From: Catajapyx aquilonaris | Lineage: Eukaryota | Reading direction: 5' to 3' | NCBI GenBank assembly: GCA_000934665.2 | Contig: JYFJ02001666.1 | Location: 1 to 64,000, forward strand | Length of the DNA stretch: 64,000 nt | Part shown: positions 1 through 14,166 of the stretch, piece by piece | Layout: each line of letters starts with the position of its first letter | Numbering within the stretch: position 1 is the stretch's first letter | Notes under the pieces: model-generated | Databases searched by the model: none | What the model was told of the DNA's origin: nothing | Seen by the model: only the letters and a program-made list of their open reading frames with translations | Made by a program: the position numbers and the translations under genes

Positions 1-554
1 CCGCAGTGGCGCTTTCCCATGTTAAACTCGCATAGACGGTGGCGCCACTGCGGAATTTTTCCATGTGTCGCCGTAATAAGCCGTGGACCACTACTGGGGG
101 GTGTTCCAAGAAAAGAGGTAGAGACACCTCCCCAACTTTTACCTTTCTCTCCTTACTTTTTATGCCTGCTGCGTTGCAAGGGTGGGGGCAGGAAAGGGTG
201 GGGGTAAAAGAACGAGAAAATCGGGTTGGAACATGGTTGAAGAGAAAGAATGTGCTTAGTTGACCTTAGAGTTCATGAGGACTATTCAGAACCGGGGCCA
301 GTCTTTTTCTGACAGTGTATCGAAAAGGACTCACATTATTGGCACAATTTTTAAATAGAACCTGCAAAATTTGGACATGGCAGATTACTAGGCCTGTGAA
401 ATATTGCATGTAAAAAAGAATGGCAGCTGCCTTGTCTATAATGTAGGAGCATGAGCTGAAAAACAGTAACATTGTGCCCAACATGCGGAATCGGGATTTT
501 GCAGAACTCACTATGGCAAAATAATACCCTTTACTACTACTACAGGCAATAATA

Positions 555-791
555 CAGGGTGTTCCAAGTTCGTGGCGCCTGTTATTTATCACTGTAATAC
601 AGCTCAAAGCTGTTATATTTTTGTAGCTTGTTGTGCCCCTAATCAGTTTCTATAGCCACTGCTACATTCGACCACCTGATACTGCTGATAGTATTGAGGC
701 AACTTATTAGGGGCACAACAAGCTACAAAAAATAACAGCTTTGAACGATATTAGTGATAAATAAAACGACCCATGACCTTGGAACACCCTG
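555..791. mobile_element. Tc1/mariner-type MITE, family M1, intact copy
   Basis: TA|CAGGGTGTTCCAAG...CTTGGAACACCCTG|TA; internal inverted arms TGTAGCTTGTTGTGCCCC / GGGGCACAACAAGCTACA. Confidence 0.88.
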
Positions 792-3625
792 TATATTTAT
801 GTAAATACTGTACTGCAATAGAGTTACAATGTCTTGTTTGGCATCTCGTTGCATGTTGAGTATATTGCAATTATGCGCTGTTTTAATACTCGTTTTACGG
901 CGTGTGCTACGGTTATGACGATGTAAAAGATGGCGTAATTTGGGACACGCATGTAACAGTGTCTTTGCAAGTGTTGTAACAATATTTAGGAAGTGGCAAT
1001 TAAATAACCCCTGACACTCCCTTCTCACTTGCATGGGAGGAGGTAGGCCTACCGCACTCTAAGCCTGAACTTGAAACTTATTTGCATATTCCGTCGCTGT
1101 TAATGCTCCTGATCTTTAAGCAACAGAGCATTACGCGGTTTAAAAATTTGCATAAGTCATGTTGCATAGGCTGCGGTGCATTGTACTTCACGAAATATTG
1201 CGTGCCAGCGAGCTTCTCTGTAAGGTTCACGCATCTTAGCTCTAGACTCCTAAGCGTCATCTGGTTGAATTTATAGTCACATGTTCATTATTTTACATGC
1301 GATATTTGCTGCAGTGAAAAATCGAGAAATTCTCATAGAATAAAAAAAATGTCGCAGGATTCTCCTCTTGTCGCTACTTGTAAAAATTGCAAATTAGCAA
1401 CACATTATTTAATCTAATTTTCCCATTAGCTAATGCTATAGCTATTCGGTTCAGAGTAGGCGCATTTCAGATTGAAATTCTCAGTTTGGACTGTACCGAT
1501 TTCCCTGCTGCAATTCCGCAATATATTTGTCCGTGCCCAGATGCTTTCGAGAAGCAGATCAAACTCGAATACATTAAACTCTGTAGGCAAACAAGAGAGC
1601 CTCCGGATTCCAGGAACTACTTTGGAAAAGAGGGGGGGACAGGAGGAGGGTAGGTTGGAGGGTAGGGGAAAGGATTTGACCACCCAGAAAACACATTATA
1701 ACCATTACTCTCCATAACACATTGCCCCGCATTAATGCGGAGTCAAACTGCTAATTTATGTTCCATTCGACGCGTTTGCAGGCTTTGAACAGTAGTAAAT
1801 CATTGTGTCGTGTTGGGACCTGAATTACGGACCGTTTGGGTGTGGTTGGCGGCCCAAAGAGAAGAGAGGGGCTGCTGGGAGTAGGGGTAGGGGGAGTTAT
1901 GGGGTTAACCAGTTGAACCCACAGCCAGGGGGCATATAATAAGCTACCTTTGTTTGAGGCTACCTGTGTGAATATACACAACTCAACTCCGCAAGGAGAA
2001 AACCCCCCTCTACCACCCCCTCCCCCTCTTTGGCTGGTGGGGCTGGACAAGTGATCAATTTTGCCACGGAGTGCTACATCATCATTACGGGACTTGGGGC
2101 AAAACTTTTGGGAATCCAGAAAACCCCCTCCCGGCACTCCCCCCTGCCCTGCCCTCCCCCCCGCTTTACTGCCGAGCCTCGGTTATCGCGATTATAGGAC
2201 TGGCCAGTATATGCACGTTTCGGGCGATAATTAGCGGAGATAATTTGTTGCTAGGGGGCCAGTACCTTCAAGTGGGTTTTAGGTAAATCTGGGATGAAAT
2301 ACGGGTGTAAGGACTCGGACGTGAGGCAAGGAAATATATATTTTTTGCCTACTTTTCCAGAGAGTCCTAATGAATTTTGCTACTATCGCATTGTGCAATC
2401 GTGCATGTTGTGGAAGTTCGCACGTCGCGAGAGGAAGCTGTTACTTTCCTCGAAATTAATGGCACGCCAGATTGATATTTCGAAAGAAACATTTTGTAGG
2501 CGTTCAACCTCTAGGCTTGAAGCTACGATAAAATAGAACGTTTTGAGTGAATTTCACTCTTATCAGGTTTTCCCCTCCGGAATTTATGGCAAATGTAACG
2601 AATCGTATGGCTTCAAAATAATCGTTGAGATTTCGACCATCCCTGACATGAGGCGGGCGTGATGAAACCTGCGGCCCACTGGACGTCAACCAGCGCCACC
2701 TCCCGTCTAAAAATAATTCTACGGTCCTGCCCATATAAATATTCAGGGATGACCCCGAAAGGCCGGTATTGAGCCCTGCTTTTCAGGCCAAGTCGAGCCG
2801 AGCCCGTGATTAATGCGAGAGTGTTATTAAAAACCCGCAGCGAGTGAGGCTTGCCCTTTGTCTCCCTCCTTCCGAATGAGATGGGATGGAATTCATCGCC
2901 ATGTTCAGGTTGCCATACCCGCCTCCCTCCCCTACACCCGCAGGGGTAGCATCCCCGAGTCTAATTTCCCGAGCCAAGCCATCAAGTCTCGGGCAATTTA
3001 TAATCTCAAATCCGACGAGATCATTTCTCCTGCGGTGAGCTAAAGCTGCTCAACGCCACGCTCCAACTTGTGTAAATCTTGCCAACTCCCTTTTTTTCCT
3101 CTTACAAAATGGCTGACATCTTTCCTCGCTCACTTTTGCTCTCCCGCCAGGGGTTTTTCCTCCTCCGGTTAATCAGGTTCATTACATCAGGCCACATGGC
3201 TGCAGTGTCCCTGAAGGTTGTTCCGGCTACTAAGCTCTTATTCGTCTGAAACAAGCCATAAGCACCTAGATCTGTAATTCGGGTTTAGTGGCAATCTTCT
3301 GCCATCGAGCTTCCCCTCCCCCCCCTCACTCCCTTGCTCTTGTAATGGAATGGTGGAAAGGGGCGGGCTCACTTGAGGGGCCAGAGATCCTTAATGGTTA
3401 TGAACCTAACCGGAATTCGTGTTTGCGGTTAAGAAATCTGGCCCCGTGGCGTCAGGGGAAATTGGGAAAAATGCGAAGAATGAAATATGGCGTGAAAGTG
3501 GTGGCAAATCTCGGCTCTTATGCATTGCCAGACTGCTAGATGGCTCTGATTGCTGGAGCATTGCCATTGGCTAACTTGGTCATGTGATACACGATGGGCA
3601 TCATAGGACCGCAATCGGCAAATAC

Positions 3626-4328
3626 CAGGGTGTTCCAAGTTCGTGTGGCCTTTTTATAATAGCTATTGTTATTGGGNGGGGGGGGGGGGGGGGCAAGGGG
3701 GTAATCACTTCGGTACTCCGCTCCGGTGTACACCTGCGAGCTCCTCAGGTACCTCACTCTTTATTACTCCTTGGTACTCCAGTGTACACTTTTCAGTCGA
3801 GTGATTACTGGTGGTCTTGTGGTTATGCTACTGCCCACAGCTAAGCGGGAGATCCGGGGTTCAAATCCCGTCACCGTCTCCTCTGCTTGGTCGGGTATTT
3901 TTCCGCTTTTCACCCGACATGTCCGGGCAGACTTGCACTCCCTTCTCTGCCCAGGGCCAGGAGAAAAGGTCTGGTGTTTAAGAGGGTCTGAAATGACTAA
4001 AAACTATTTAAGAGCGCCCTCCCTTGGGAACCTCCCCTTCCCCCCCTAAAAGGGCCCAAGGTCCTATCACGGGGTAACAACAACAACAATTGTTGGTGTT
4101 GTTGTTTTTATTGTTTTTATTATAGGAAATTTCGCTCGGAGCTGTTTTTTTTGTAGCTTGTTGTGCTCCTAATCAGTTGCCTATTCTATAGCCACTGCTA
4201 CATTCAACCACCTGATAGTAGCCTACTACTGAGGCACCTGGATCGGGGCACAACAAGCTACACGAAAATAACATCTTTGAGCGATATCAGTGATAACAAA
4301 AACGACCCACGAACTTGGAACACTACTG
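3626..4328. mobile_element. MITE family M1 copy interrupted by an insertion containing a SINE
   Basis: Left TIR CAGGGTGTTCCAAGTTCGTG at 3626; M1 body resumes near 4110; right end GAACTTGGAACACTACTG|TA. Confidence 0.8.
3811..4089 (+). mobile_element. tRNA-derived SINE, family S1
   Basis: A-box-like TGGTCTTGTGG, B box GGTTCAAATCC, 3' end TATCACGGGGTA plus (CAA)n tail; homologous to 48996-49252. Confidence 0.8.
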
Positions 4329-7063
4329 TATAGCTTTAAAAAATATTCTACTTCTCATGAAAAATTAACACAATAACAAAAATTTAACAATTGTACGTAC
4401 GAGTGTCCTACATATACAGTATAGGACGTTAGGCATATTTGAGTTAACATGTAGTTTGGCACGTAAATAGGGTTTCCTTTTCGTTCTTTTCTGTACATAC
4501 CTGTATATACTGATGCCCCATTGACAGTGCAGTCCAGTGTAAGCACGTGTATATATTTTGTGAGGGATGCGACCTCGTGTAATGATGCTCTAGCATGGCA
4601 GTGCTAAAATTAAACAAATTTTCGTACAGTACAGGCCTCCATTGGTCGTACGTTAAGCTTTTTCCCTATTCACTTTGTCAGTGTAAAGGCCCAGTATGAA
4701 TCTGCAATCCCCATTAGCAATGTGCACATTACACGCTTCATAGAACAATGTTTAATTCAGAGCGTGGTTGAATTGATTTTCTTCCTCTAATGCTTCCGAT
4801 GCCAACGTAATCTCCGTCTTAATTATAAGGCAGAGGTCTTAACTCGGCGAGTAAATCCGGAGCTAGAGAATGCTTACATTGGCAACTAATTATTCACTTC
4901 TGCTCTTGTTAGTCTTCCCTGAGCGGTGCGAGTGGAAGAACCGGCAGAGATGAGTAGGAAAAAGGCCCCTCAGACATCAGCAACTATCTTGTAAATTCGT
5001 TAACTTTGCAATTAGAATTTCTGATCCCAGACGTAAAGCCTTAATAAGTGATTTGTACGATTATTCCGGAAATAATAAGATGGCTTCCACACGATGCTAG
5101 TAGACTAGAAACCATTTTTATTGGTAACCAGTGGACACTGGAAGGGTTGCAGTAGGCTAATTTGTAAAATGAATGGATGAAATTAGCAGACGGAGCGTAA
5201 ATATAATTTTTCTAATTCGTCGTGATTTTCCTGTTGGCTCGAGGGGACCAGCATGACCATGGTCCAGCAAGTCCATTTCCTGAGAAAATCTCGAATCCCC
5301 CTATAAGCCCCGATGCCCCTAGTAATATTTGCTAATGCATTTAGCGTTCCGGCAGTCTCTTTGTGTGGGGTGGTTTGGAGAGCGTTCTTCCGTTCAGTCC
5401 GCCAGAGGATGCTGCCGCTGCTGCTGCTGTCCAAGAGAAAAGGATGAATAGCCCTCGGGATAGTATGGCCCGGAGTCCCGTGTCTACATACACCATTCGG
5501 TTCGGATACGTTTTATTTCGTTACTGGGGCACAAAGTTGAAGCTTTCATCAGGCTAATAGCGCGCTAATTGCATTTACTCGGGATGGGACCAGGACATAG
5601 CGGGTTTTCCCCAAACACACACAGTCGTGTTGCTCTTACGCCTCCATGCCTCGGATCATCTATCTCAGAATGGGGCTCGTGGGAACGTGTGTGTATTCAG
5701 TGCAGTATATATATATGTGCCTCTTATTTACGTCAGGTATAGAGGTGGTTGGGGGGTGTTGTACAGTGCATTTCAGTCCGGTTTATTCAATGAGCATGCT
5801 CCTGTTGAAAGGATGCCTTCTCAAACGTGGTCTAATTAGGAGGGAACTTACTGTATTATTTACTCCGAGTAGACTTTCCGATAATAATGTGGAGTGTACT
5901 GGGACGGAAATATCTGGCCCCTGTAGGCCTCCTCTCTCTAATACTGTAATGCTACTCATGTAAACTCAGGTACAGTATAGCAAGTTGCAATACAGCAGGC
6001 AGGATATTTAAAAAAAGGGCGGTTCTACCGCTTCCTGATTCGTGCTTAGACATTGTTGAATTTTGCCTTGTAAGCAGAGTGTCTGGCAGGTTGGTTAGTC
6101 GGTTGTGAGAGGGATCAGGTGTTGTGGTCTGTCACTGCTGAAGGGGCTTTCTAAGCCCATCATGGCTGACCACTTTTGTAGGTTACCGAGTTTAGGGACG
6201 AAAACTATGGCCATTTCTAAACTGAAGCCATCCCGGAATTGTCCTGAAACCGTATATACGGCATGAGTTCGAACCTGGGGAAATTCTGAATGACAGCCTC
6301 AACGCCTATACTGTAGCCTCGGTGAATAGGATCAAACTCAGGATTTATGAAGAAAGCAGACTGAAAATGGGAAACAGAACGAAGTCGAGCCATGAAATAG
6401 GCTTACTTAGTTATCATATTTATCATCCCAATAGCACCACATGCAGGGTGTGTAAACAAAAGGTATGCATAGACTTTACAAAAGCTCAATCCATATCTTA
6501 CAAGGCATAGAGTTGATCGCAAAATGGTATACTCACAGTTCAGACCGGCCATCTTATCGTAATCTGATCCCCACCCTCCCCCATCACTGGCCCAGAAGAT
6601 TTATTGGGATGATAAATCCCGGTGGTATAAGGGGAATTGCCATGTCACGAGTGCAAGATACTTGTACCTTGGAAATTATCCTATGCAATTAGGGTGCCCA
6701 TAGCAAATCCGTCTGGTGGACGGGGCTTTATCGTCCCAAGGCATATCGCGTAGGGCTCAGTTGGGGGGTTGGGATTGAGGGTGGAATCCAGATTAGACGG
6801 TCGATCTGGACTGTCATATGTTTTAGACTAACCGATACATGCCCAAAAATACACAGAATAACAATTCGTAGTTTAAAATTGTATTGGTGGCACTCTCGTG
6901 ATATAGGGCATAATTATATAAGTGATGTTCACATTAACTGCGTTTGGACAATTGCAGTTGCACCTTAGACAGCATCTCTATACACAGAGAAACAAAGCAA
7001 TTGTCTGGAATATACACATGGAACTAGGTATTTTCAGAAGAAACCAGTTCAGTTGGATTACGA

Positions 7064-7958
7064 GTATATTTGTCGTAGCCGCATAGCGAAATTGGGCACT
7101 TCCTGAAATGTCTACCCACATATTGGACGCATGTTGTAGTGCAATCTCCCGTGAAGAATTACAGCCTGTGCCGAGAAATATTGGACTGTTCGCGTAGTGT
7201 CAGCAACGAGTTGGACTGATTCCGTAATTCGGAATCTACCCGTACATGGGCAGCTGAGCAAAACCAGAAGGTGAGGAGGGCATCAGGAGATGCAGAGTGC
7301 AGGCCATACCTGCACATGACCTGGACGATATGTGAGGAGGGAATGTCTGGAAGTCCAGGAGTTAGTCCTTGCTCTTGAGCCTAGGGTAGTCCAGGTGACT
7401 GTACGGAAAGGTTGTCATCCGTACTGTGAGTGAAGGCAAGTACGTGTCTGATTGGTTGATCGTAAGTGCCATTTGATGGGCAAAGACATGTCCGAGGAAG
7501 TAACCAATGCACTGCTGCACATCTTCTCTCTTCAGCATTCTCATGACCAATTTGGTCATATAAAAGCCATATGCAGGCTCCTGTTGCAATCAGCACAGTT
7601 ACGGATGACAACCTTTCCGTACAGTCACCTGACTACCCTTGGCTCAAGAGTCAGGACCAACTCCTGGACTTCCAGACATTCCCTCCTCACATTTCGTCCA
7701 GGTCATGGGCAGGTATGGCCTGCACTCTGCATCACCTGATGCCATCCACACCTTCTGGTTTTGCTCAGCTGCTCATGTCCATTGGGTAGATTCTGAATAT
7801 ACGGAATCAGTCCAACCCGTTGCTGACACTTAGCGAACAGTCCAATATTTCTGGGCACATGCTGTAATTCTTCACGGGGGATTGCACTACAGCATGTGTT
7901 CAATGTGAGTAGACATTTCAGGAAGTGCCGAATTTCACCATGCGGCTACGACATATAC
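7064..7958. repeat. Long inverted duplication (arms about 7064-7428 and 7594-7958, spacer about 165 bp)
   Basis: Arms align as reverse complements throughout with scattered mismatches, e.g. TGTCGTAGCCGCAT / ATGCGGCTACGACA and GTACGGAAAGGTTGTCATCCGTA / TACGGATGACAACCTTTCCGTAC. Confidence 0.92.
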
Positions 7959-10900
7959 ATGGCCATATATGCCCACCTCTGTAATCTCATAAACTAGAGC
8001 CAATCAACATATTTTATTGTCATTTTCGTATTCAGCACCTCGAAATTAGTCTAGATTTGCTATTTTCATTACAGTAGTTTTCTAGTTGCCCATGTTATTA
8101 TGTTCTCCATAATACTGTATTATAGTCTAATTCTAATATATTGACAACTCTTAAAAATAAATTTTTGAAATTGACTGCTTAAAATTAATCTGATTGTAAG
8201 AAAAATTGGCAACTGAAACGGAGGAGTGCGGAATATCTCATATCAGATTGTGTAGTACTGTACCCCGCAACCCCGTTTGCTAGGGACTACCGCACCTCTT
8301 GATTGCGGAAGTGTGGCTACCTGTAGAGGAAAGCCGCAGTGATTTACCGCCTGTCTACTTTTAGATGGAGTGTTATTCAGGGCTATAATGGAATTTCAAA
8401 CACAAAATAGTCTTGGAACCTGCGAAGGTTCTTCAATAACTGAGTAAATTCCAGTAAGTTACTTTGTAATTACAGTATGGAAAAGTAGCTAATTCAGATA
8501 AATGAATACGCTAAACTGTTAAGTGTGCATTACATTCTCATGCGATGTGTGACAGAATTGAGCTCACATCCGTATCGGTGGAAATTCTGCTTGTGATCGT
8601 GAGTCAAGTTGGTGCCATCCTGTATGAAAGAGAGTGAATGGGTTAGAACTATGAGCAACTAGAATACTGGGTCATGCAAGAAACTTATTATTACTCCGCG
8701 AGTTTGTGCTAGAATGCCCACCACCTGCTGCTTACGTCATGAAGTTATAATGCTCATTCCAGAACACTTAATGTGTGGTCTGCCATCCAGCGCCATCTGC
8801 TGGCAGAGATGCAATAAGAACTGGGCTTACCCCAATCTTCTGTTACTTAAGAGTAACTGCACTAGCATCATACTACGAACTATCTCAATCCCCTCGAAAT
8901 TTGAGAAGATAGTAAATTATTAAAGAGTTACAGTGAATAGCAAATGTGTTGAATCTTCTCCACATCGCCTTTCATTCCTATAACAATGAATTATACTGAA
9001 CTCGATATCCGGTTGTGGTCACACTTTGCCCCCATTAATATGCAAGTAAGAGAAGCCACGAAAACACGAGACTCGACAGAAAATAGCAAGTAAGACATGA
9101 ATTCATTATGGGTCACCGGACATGTGGTGTCAATTACCCCGCAGTTTCTTCTTCCAAAACACGAGAACTTACGACACTGCCTTGTCTTGTCGTAGAACCA
9201 GAAATATTCTTAAATTCAGTTGCGTGGAACGACATCCTGCCATTAAAGATTTAGGACGATTGTGCAAGAAGTTGTGTCCGAAAGCCCTCAAGACGGACTG
9301 GCTCACGTCGATCCCAGTGTCATTAAGTTTGATGAATTAAAGCTTTCCCCCTGATGCAACTTGCAGGACACGTCACTGTTGCATGGGATTAGTGTCAGAG
9401 CGAGCTTACTTTCCCGAGGAAAGTCTCGGCGCAATAAAACTTTTATCTTTGCCTGGATATAGTGTGATTCCAATCCGTTGTCAACTCACACTTGAAGAGT
9501 GTTCCTAGAGCGGTTAAATTGGCATAATTTGTCCTACACGTTTTACCACAATGAGACTAGAAATTGCACCAAATTAGATCTCTGGGATAGCGCGATATAC
9601 CAGTCTATCGCGACTTCAAAATAGGAGTGTTACTTTATGTGAAATGTTCTGCCATGATTACAATGAAATATGCCTGAATTATATTTGTTAATAAATAGTT
9701 ATATGCAAATCAACTAACACGATGGCTTTAAAATCAAACAATTGTACAAGTGTCCTATATGTAAGACGCTAGGCATATCAGGGTTAATAAATGCAACATT
9801 ATTTCAGTGCGGTATGTATTAGCTTGATTAGACGCAGTAATGTCAAAGTTTTGTACACACTCCTCTTGCAGTATCTACGCCAATCGTTTTGAGGCAAGTT
9901 TATAAAAGAACAGTTGGTCTACTAACTCTACTCTATACTGAGGCATCGCGTGCAGCATAATGTTCCAAAACTCGCGTTTCACTGTGCATCCACAACTGAT
10001 AAACTTTGCAAAACTTTGCGACTGTAAACAGCCCTACTCTAATTTCCGCAAGCTGAAGTAAATGCTTAATTAGGTCACTAAAAAGCGCTAGAAGTTTTGC
10101 TGCATAGGCCTAGTCCTAACGTATACGCACGCTGCTCATCCCGGTTGTAAAAACAGCGCACCTTATAATCCACTCCCGCAGCTATTTTTTAAGGTATCTA
10201 TGCTAATGCAATCTAAAGGGCTATCGAACACGCGAGGTTCACTTGCGGTTTAAATACTTCCTTCGCCCGGTATTCTTAATCACTTAATAGGCCTAATTCA
10301 CGTCCAAAGTGGCGATGCACAAGATGATTTGTGGCTAAGCTGCTATCTTTATGATGAGGCACCCTGTATAAATCGCAATTCAGGTAGACTTTTCAGGACG
10401 TTACTCCTGAAAATTGTGATTGGAGATAACCCGTGACGAAATAGAAATCCACAGTTTAAACCCTCGTTTCTTATCCCCTTTTCAGGGTTTCAATTGCCAG
10501 TCTTTATGAAACCCCCTCTCAAGAAGGAGCGATAATACACCCTCTTCCCCTCAACCCCTTTCAAACGATCGGATTAGATATTCGCCAAGGCAGAAAATCG
10601 AAATCCGCCAGTTTCTGGGCCACACGTGACGATATTAATTTAAACGGCTAGAATTGGCTTCGTATAAATGCAATTGCTTTTTCATTTTGGCGGGCCCGCC
10701 TAAAAAATTAGAAAATTATTTTCCCAAAGTTATATGTTTGTCATCCTGTGATTGTTATCGCAATTAAATACCATAGGCAGTGTTTTTGCGCCATTTAAAT
10801 TATCCTGCAGCGTTAAATGGATGTAAAACTGATAAACAAACCAACAGTGGGAATATTAATACAACCGCGCTCATGAGCAAGCATAACATGTAAATTAGAT

Positions 10901-13900
10901 TGTTTATTCCCACGATCCCATACGGTTTTAGAATTAGGCCACTGTTGTTAATTTGGACAGCGCTAAACTGTCGCGAAATGACCTGCTTCCTACTCTGCCG
11001 TTGTATATATTAGGTTCTGGTTTTGAAACATTCTGAAAAACTGCAATTTAGTGGGTCGGAGCGAAAGGGAAAAAGTTAATTCATTACGTGCCAAATTCAT
11101 GCGCTACAGAGAATAATGTAACAAGGCATATATCGCTACTGTTAAAAGTGTGACAAATGGCATCTAATTAGCATTGTATATACACCGGCGTTGGTGGTTT
11201 CTAAAGTCGAAAACATGCCAGAATAATGTCACAAAATTTTCAAAAGTGTTGGTCAACTGAAATCCTATTGCATTTTTTAAAAATGTAACTGTAGTCGGTG
11301 TTCCAACAACTGGCAGTCTAAAAGTTACAGAGGTTCCTGAGAAGCATTGTATACTGTACACTCAGCCACACACACATAGTAACTAATAATTTCATATAAA
11401 ATATACGAAACATTTGTGCATGTCTCGTCTATATCTGTGGACCTTTGTTTTACACCCGAGTGGTGGGAGAGCCAGAAGATATACCGAAGAAAAACCTCTC
11501 ATAATTATTTTTAAAGAAATTTCAAATTAGGTAGGTTGTAACTGACGTGAGTGTAAACGTATAGCACAGTCTACGATAATTAGTCATGTTTTGCATATGC
11601 ATCTAGTCTGGAGGCGTTATGTTAATATAGAGTATGCACCAGTAACGTGCTACTCTATAATAATTATATGGAACAACTCAGCCTCGGTGTAAAAAATCTA
11701 ATTACTCCTATTATTACAGCGACGTTTTTTCCCAAGAAAAACAAGATTCTGTTTCCTTTTTAAACGACTACAGTACAACAATAACAGCTAGTGGTATTAA
11801 ACTGTAGCTGTTACAGTTACAAACATGTAAAATCAAATAATTATATGCATTTTTGCACAGTTTTGCTATTATACTGCTCCCTAGAAATTTTCTGCAGTTA
11901 AAAAAGGTCAATTAACTGACATGTCTTCCACTGCCACAGGAGGACAATATCCTCGCATTTTTTTCTGTAGGAGGCATAAAATGCAAATGGCTTTCAGTAT
12001 AATATTCTAATGTACAAATAATTTAAATAATTGGTTTTTCATTGCGGTTTCAATAAATTATTTGATCAACACATCAACACTACTAATGTTCAAATCAATA
12101 ACAGTACTAACACAGACTTTTACCCATTCTTTCTACCAGCAGCAAAATAGCGCCTGCTTCTTCCCGAAATAGTGAACCGCTGCTGGAGCCCCAATCGCAT
12201 CGATTGCTTCGCCCTGCGTATAATTTTACACCACTATGAATCCCAAAGACTCTTGTTAAACAGTACAGAGGACTTTGTTCTCAGGAAGTGCGTATAAAAC
12301 ACCAGGGAATGGAAATCGTGAGAGGGAAGAAGGGGGGGACAGGGGGAGCAAAGATACGCCAGAGCCCGACACCTATTGTTTCCTTGGCGTCTGACAGAAA
12401 ATGGCGTGCATTGCCGGCCGCCTGACTTACAACACCGAGGGGACACATTGAGCGGAAATGGTTCCCTGCCTGCTACGGTAGAGGAGATGATCTAGTCTGG
12501 GAGAGGAAAAGTCGAGGGGGTGAGGTGAGTGGAAAGAAGGGGAGGGGAGGGGGTTGGATAGGGAAAGAAAAAGGCGGCGTCTTGCTACCGGTTCTCTCAA
12601 TCCGAAGGGGTCTTGTATAGCGAGAGACGCCACTTGGCAACCCTTCATTCAAACTCTATCAAGTCTTTACTGCATCGCCTGATTCCACGCCAAACCGACG
12701 CCCTTACGACACACTAAATCACTCCTCGACGCCTCGAGTGCGAAAGGGGACATACCAAACCCTGCATCTTTTTGTTGGTGAAAAACGACGACTGTACATG
12801 AATTGGTCCCATGTTATATGCCAGATAGTGACGGATGTATTTAAATATAAAATAGGCTGCCAAACTATGCTGGTTGTAACCAAAACACCATTTGCCACAG
12901 GGCTGCCAGAGTGTGTCAAAAAAAACTCCGCAGTATACTGTAATGTTCATAAATAATATTGGTAGGTAAATGTGGTGCTTGCCTACTTGAATCAATTAAT
13001 GGCTATGGCACGTGCAGGGATTAATCGCTTCAATTGTCAGCACCCAGATTTCTAGGTGACAGGGGCTATAAATGCATAATCAACCCAGTGTAGCACCAGT
13101 TATGTTTTCTTTTTCGTGCCACTTACTATCTGGTGCTGTGAGAAAATTGGCAAATGCTGTCCCCATTCCATATACTTCAGGGAGAATTTTCCCATTCATT
13201 TGAATCGTTCGCTAAATTGACTACTCGGTGAAATAATATTTGTGCAAGGTTTCAAAAGCCAAAAAAGTCATTCAGTCGCAAATAGTGGCAGGATTTTTTT
13301 ATAGTCTTTTAATTGATGACCTTTGGATTACATACTGTATTAATTGGTCCAATTGGTTGAGAGTTAAATTGAAACTAAGGAATCCTACACATTCTTCGAG
13401 ATATGCGTTTGATCCACAACTCTAAAATCCTGATTAAATTCGTACTACCTTCACTTTGTAAATCTTGATTCGCAATGCCTTGAGGTGGTCTTATAATTCG
13501 TACACCTCATTGGTACAGTTTTGCTTGGCCTCGTTTCACTGCTGATTATTAAACTTTGCTGCACGATCCGCTCTGGGAAGTTTACCTTAGGCCACCTGGC
13601 ATATCTATCACTGGAATATATTTATCTGTCTGCAAAATGGTCGTGGAAATTGAGAAATTATTTAACACGACTAAACCATCAGCACCGTTTTGTAATGGCC
13701 ACGTTTCAAAATAATTGCAGTGTGAGATCCTTTTGAATTCTGGGTAATGTATAGCTCTCTGATGGAGCTGTCAGGAGTAAATTACGCCGGTGTATAGTGT
13801 GTTCCAGCCTAGGTTTCTGAATACAGGTAGCACTAATCCCCCCACTAGGAGGCTTTTGAAACGTACTGCATCAGGAAGTGCCAAAAATGAACCAATCTGC

Positions 13901-14029
13901 TGGCCTAAAAACTTCATTACTGTCAGTAGGAAAACCAAGACTGATCGCAGTGGTAATCTAAATAGCGCACAAGAGCCGGTAATTAGAGCCCCGCGGCGCA
14001 ATTTTCACCCTTTTCTTTCTCAATTACAG

Positions 14030-14166
14030 GGCCAGCTTTCTGGGGCTTAATCAACCCTGAATGGAGTCTATGCAACAAGGGCCGTAGACAATCACCGATC
14101 AACCTGGAGCCAACCAAGCTGCTCTACGATCCCAACTTGAGACATTTGCACATCGATAAGCACAGG
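14030..14166 (+). CDS. CARPB: Carbonic anhydrase-related protein (CARP, CA10/CA11-like), first coding exon visible in the window (internal exon)
   Basis: Polypyrimidine tract and ttacAG acceptor; translates (G)PAFWGLINPEWSLCNKGRRQSPINLEPTKLLYDPNLRHLHIDKHR with the alpha-CA QSPI motif and the CARP-typical GPAFWGLINPEW; donor AGG|GTAAGT. Symbol assigned from recalled similarity to Drosophila CG32698. Confidence 0.95.

Noticed and set aside
1..53. 12-bp inverted repeat CCGCAGTGGCGC / GCGCCACTGCGG
   Set aside because: Cut by the window edge and likely the centre of a MITE; not interpretable.
1..14029. CARP 5' exon(s) encoding the signal peptide and WWTYDGISG
   Set aside because: No matching sequence found by eye. 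MEWWKG near 3345 and a WWTG near 6714 do not fit. The exons are probably upstream of the window.
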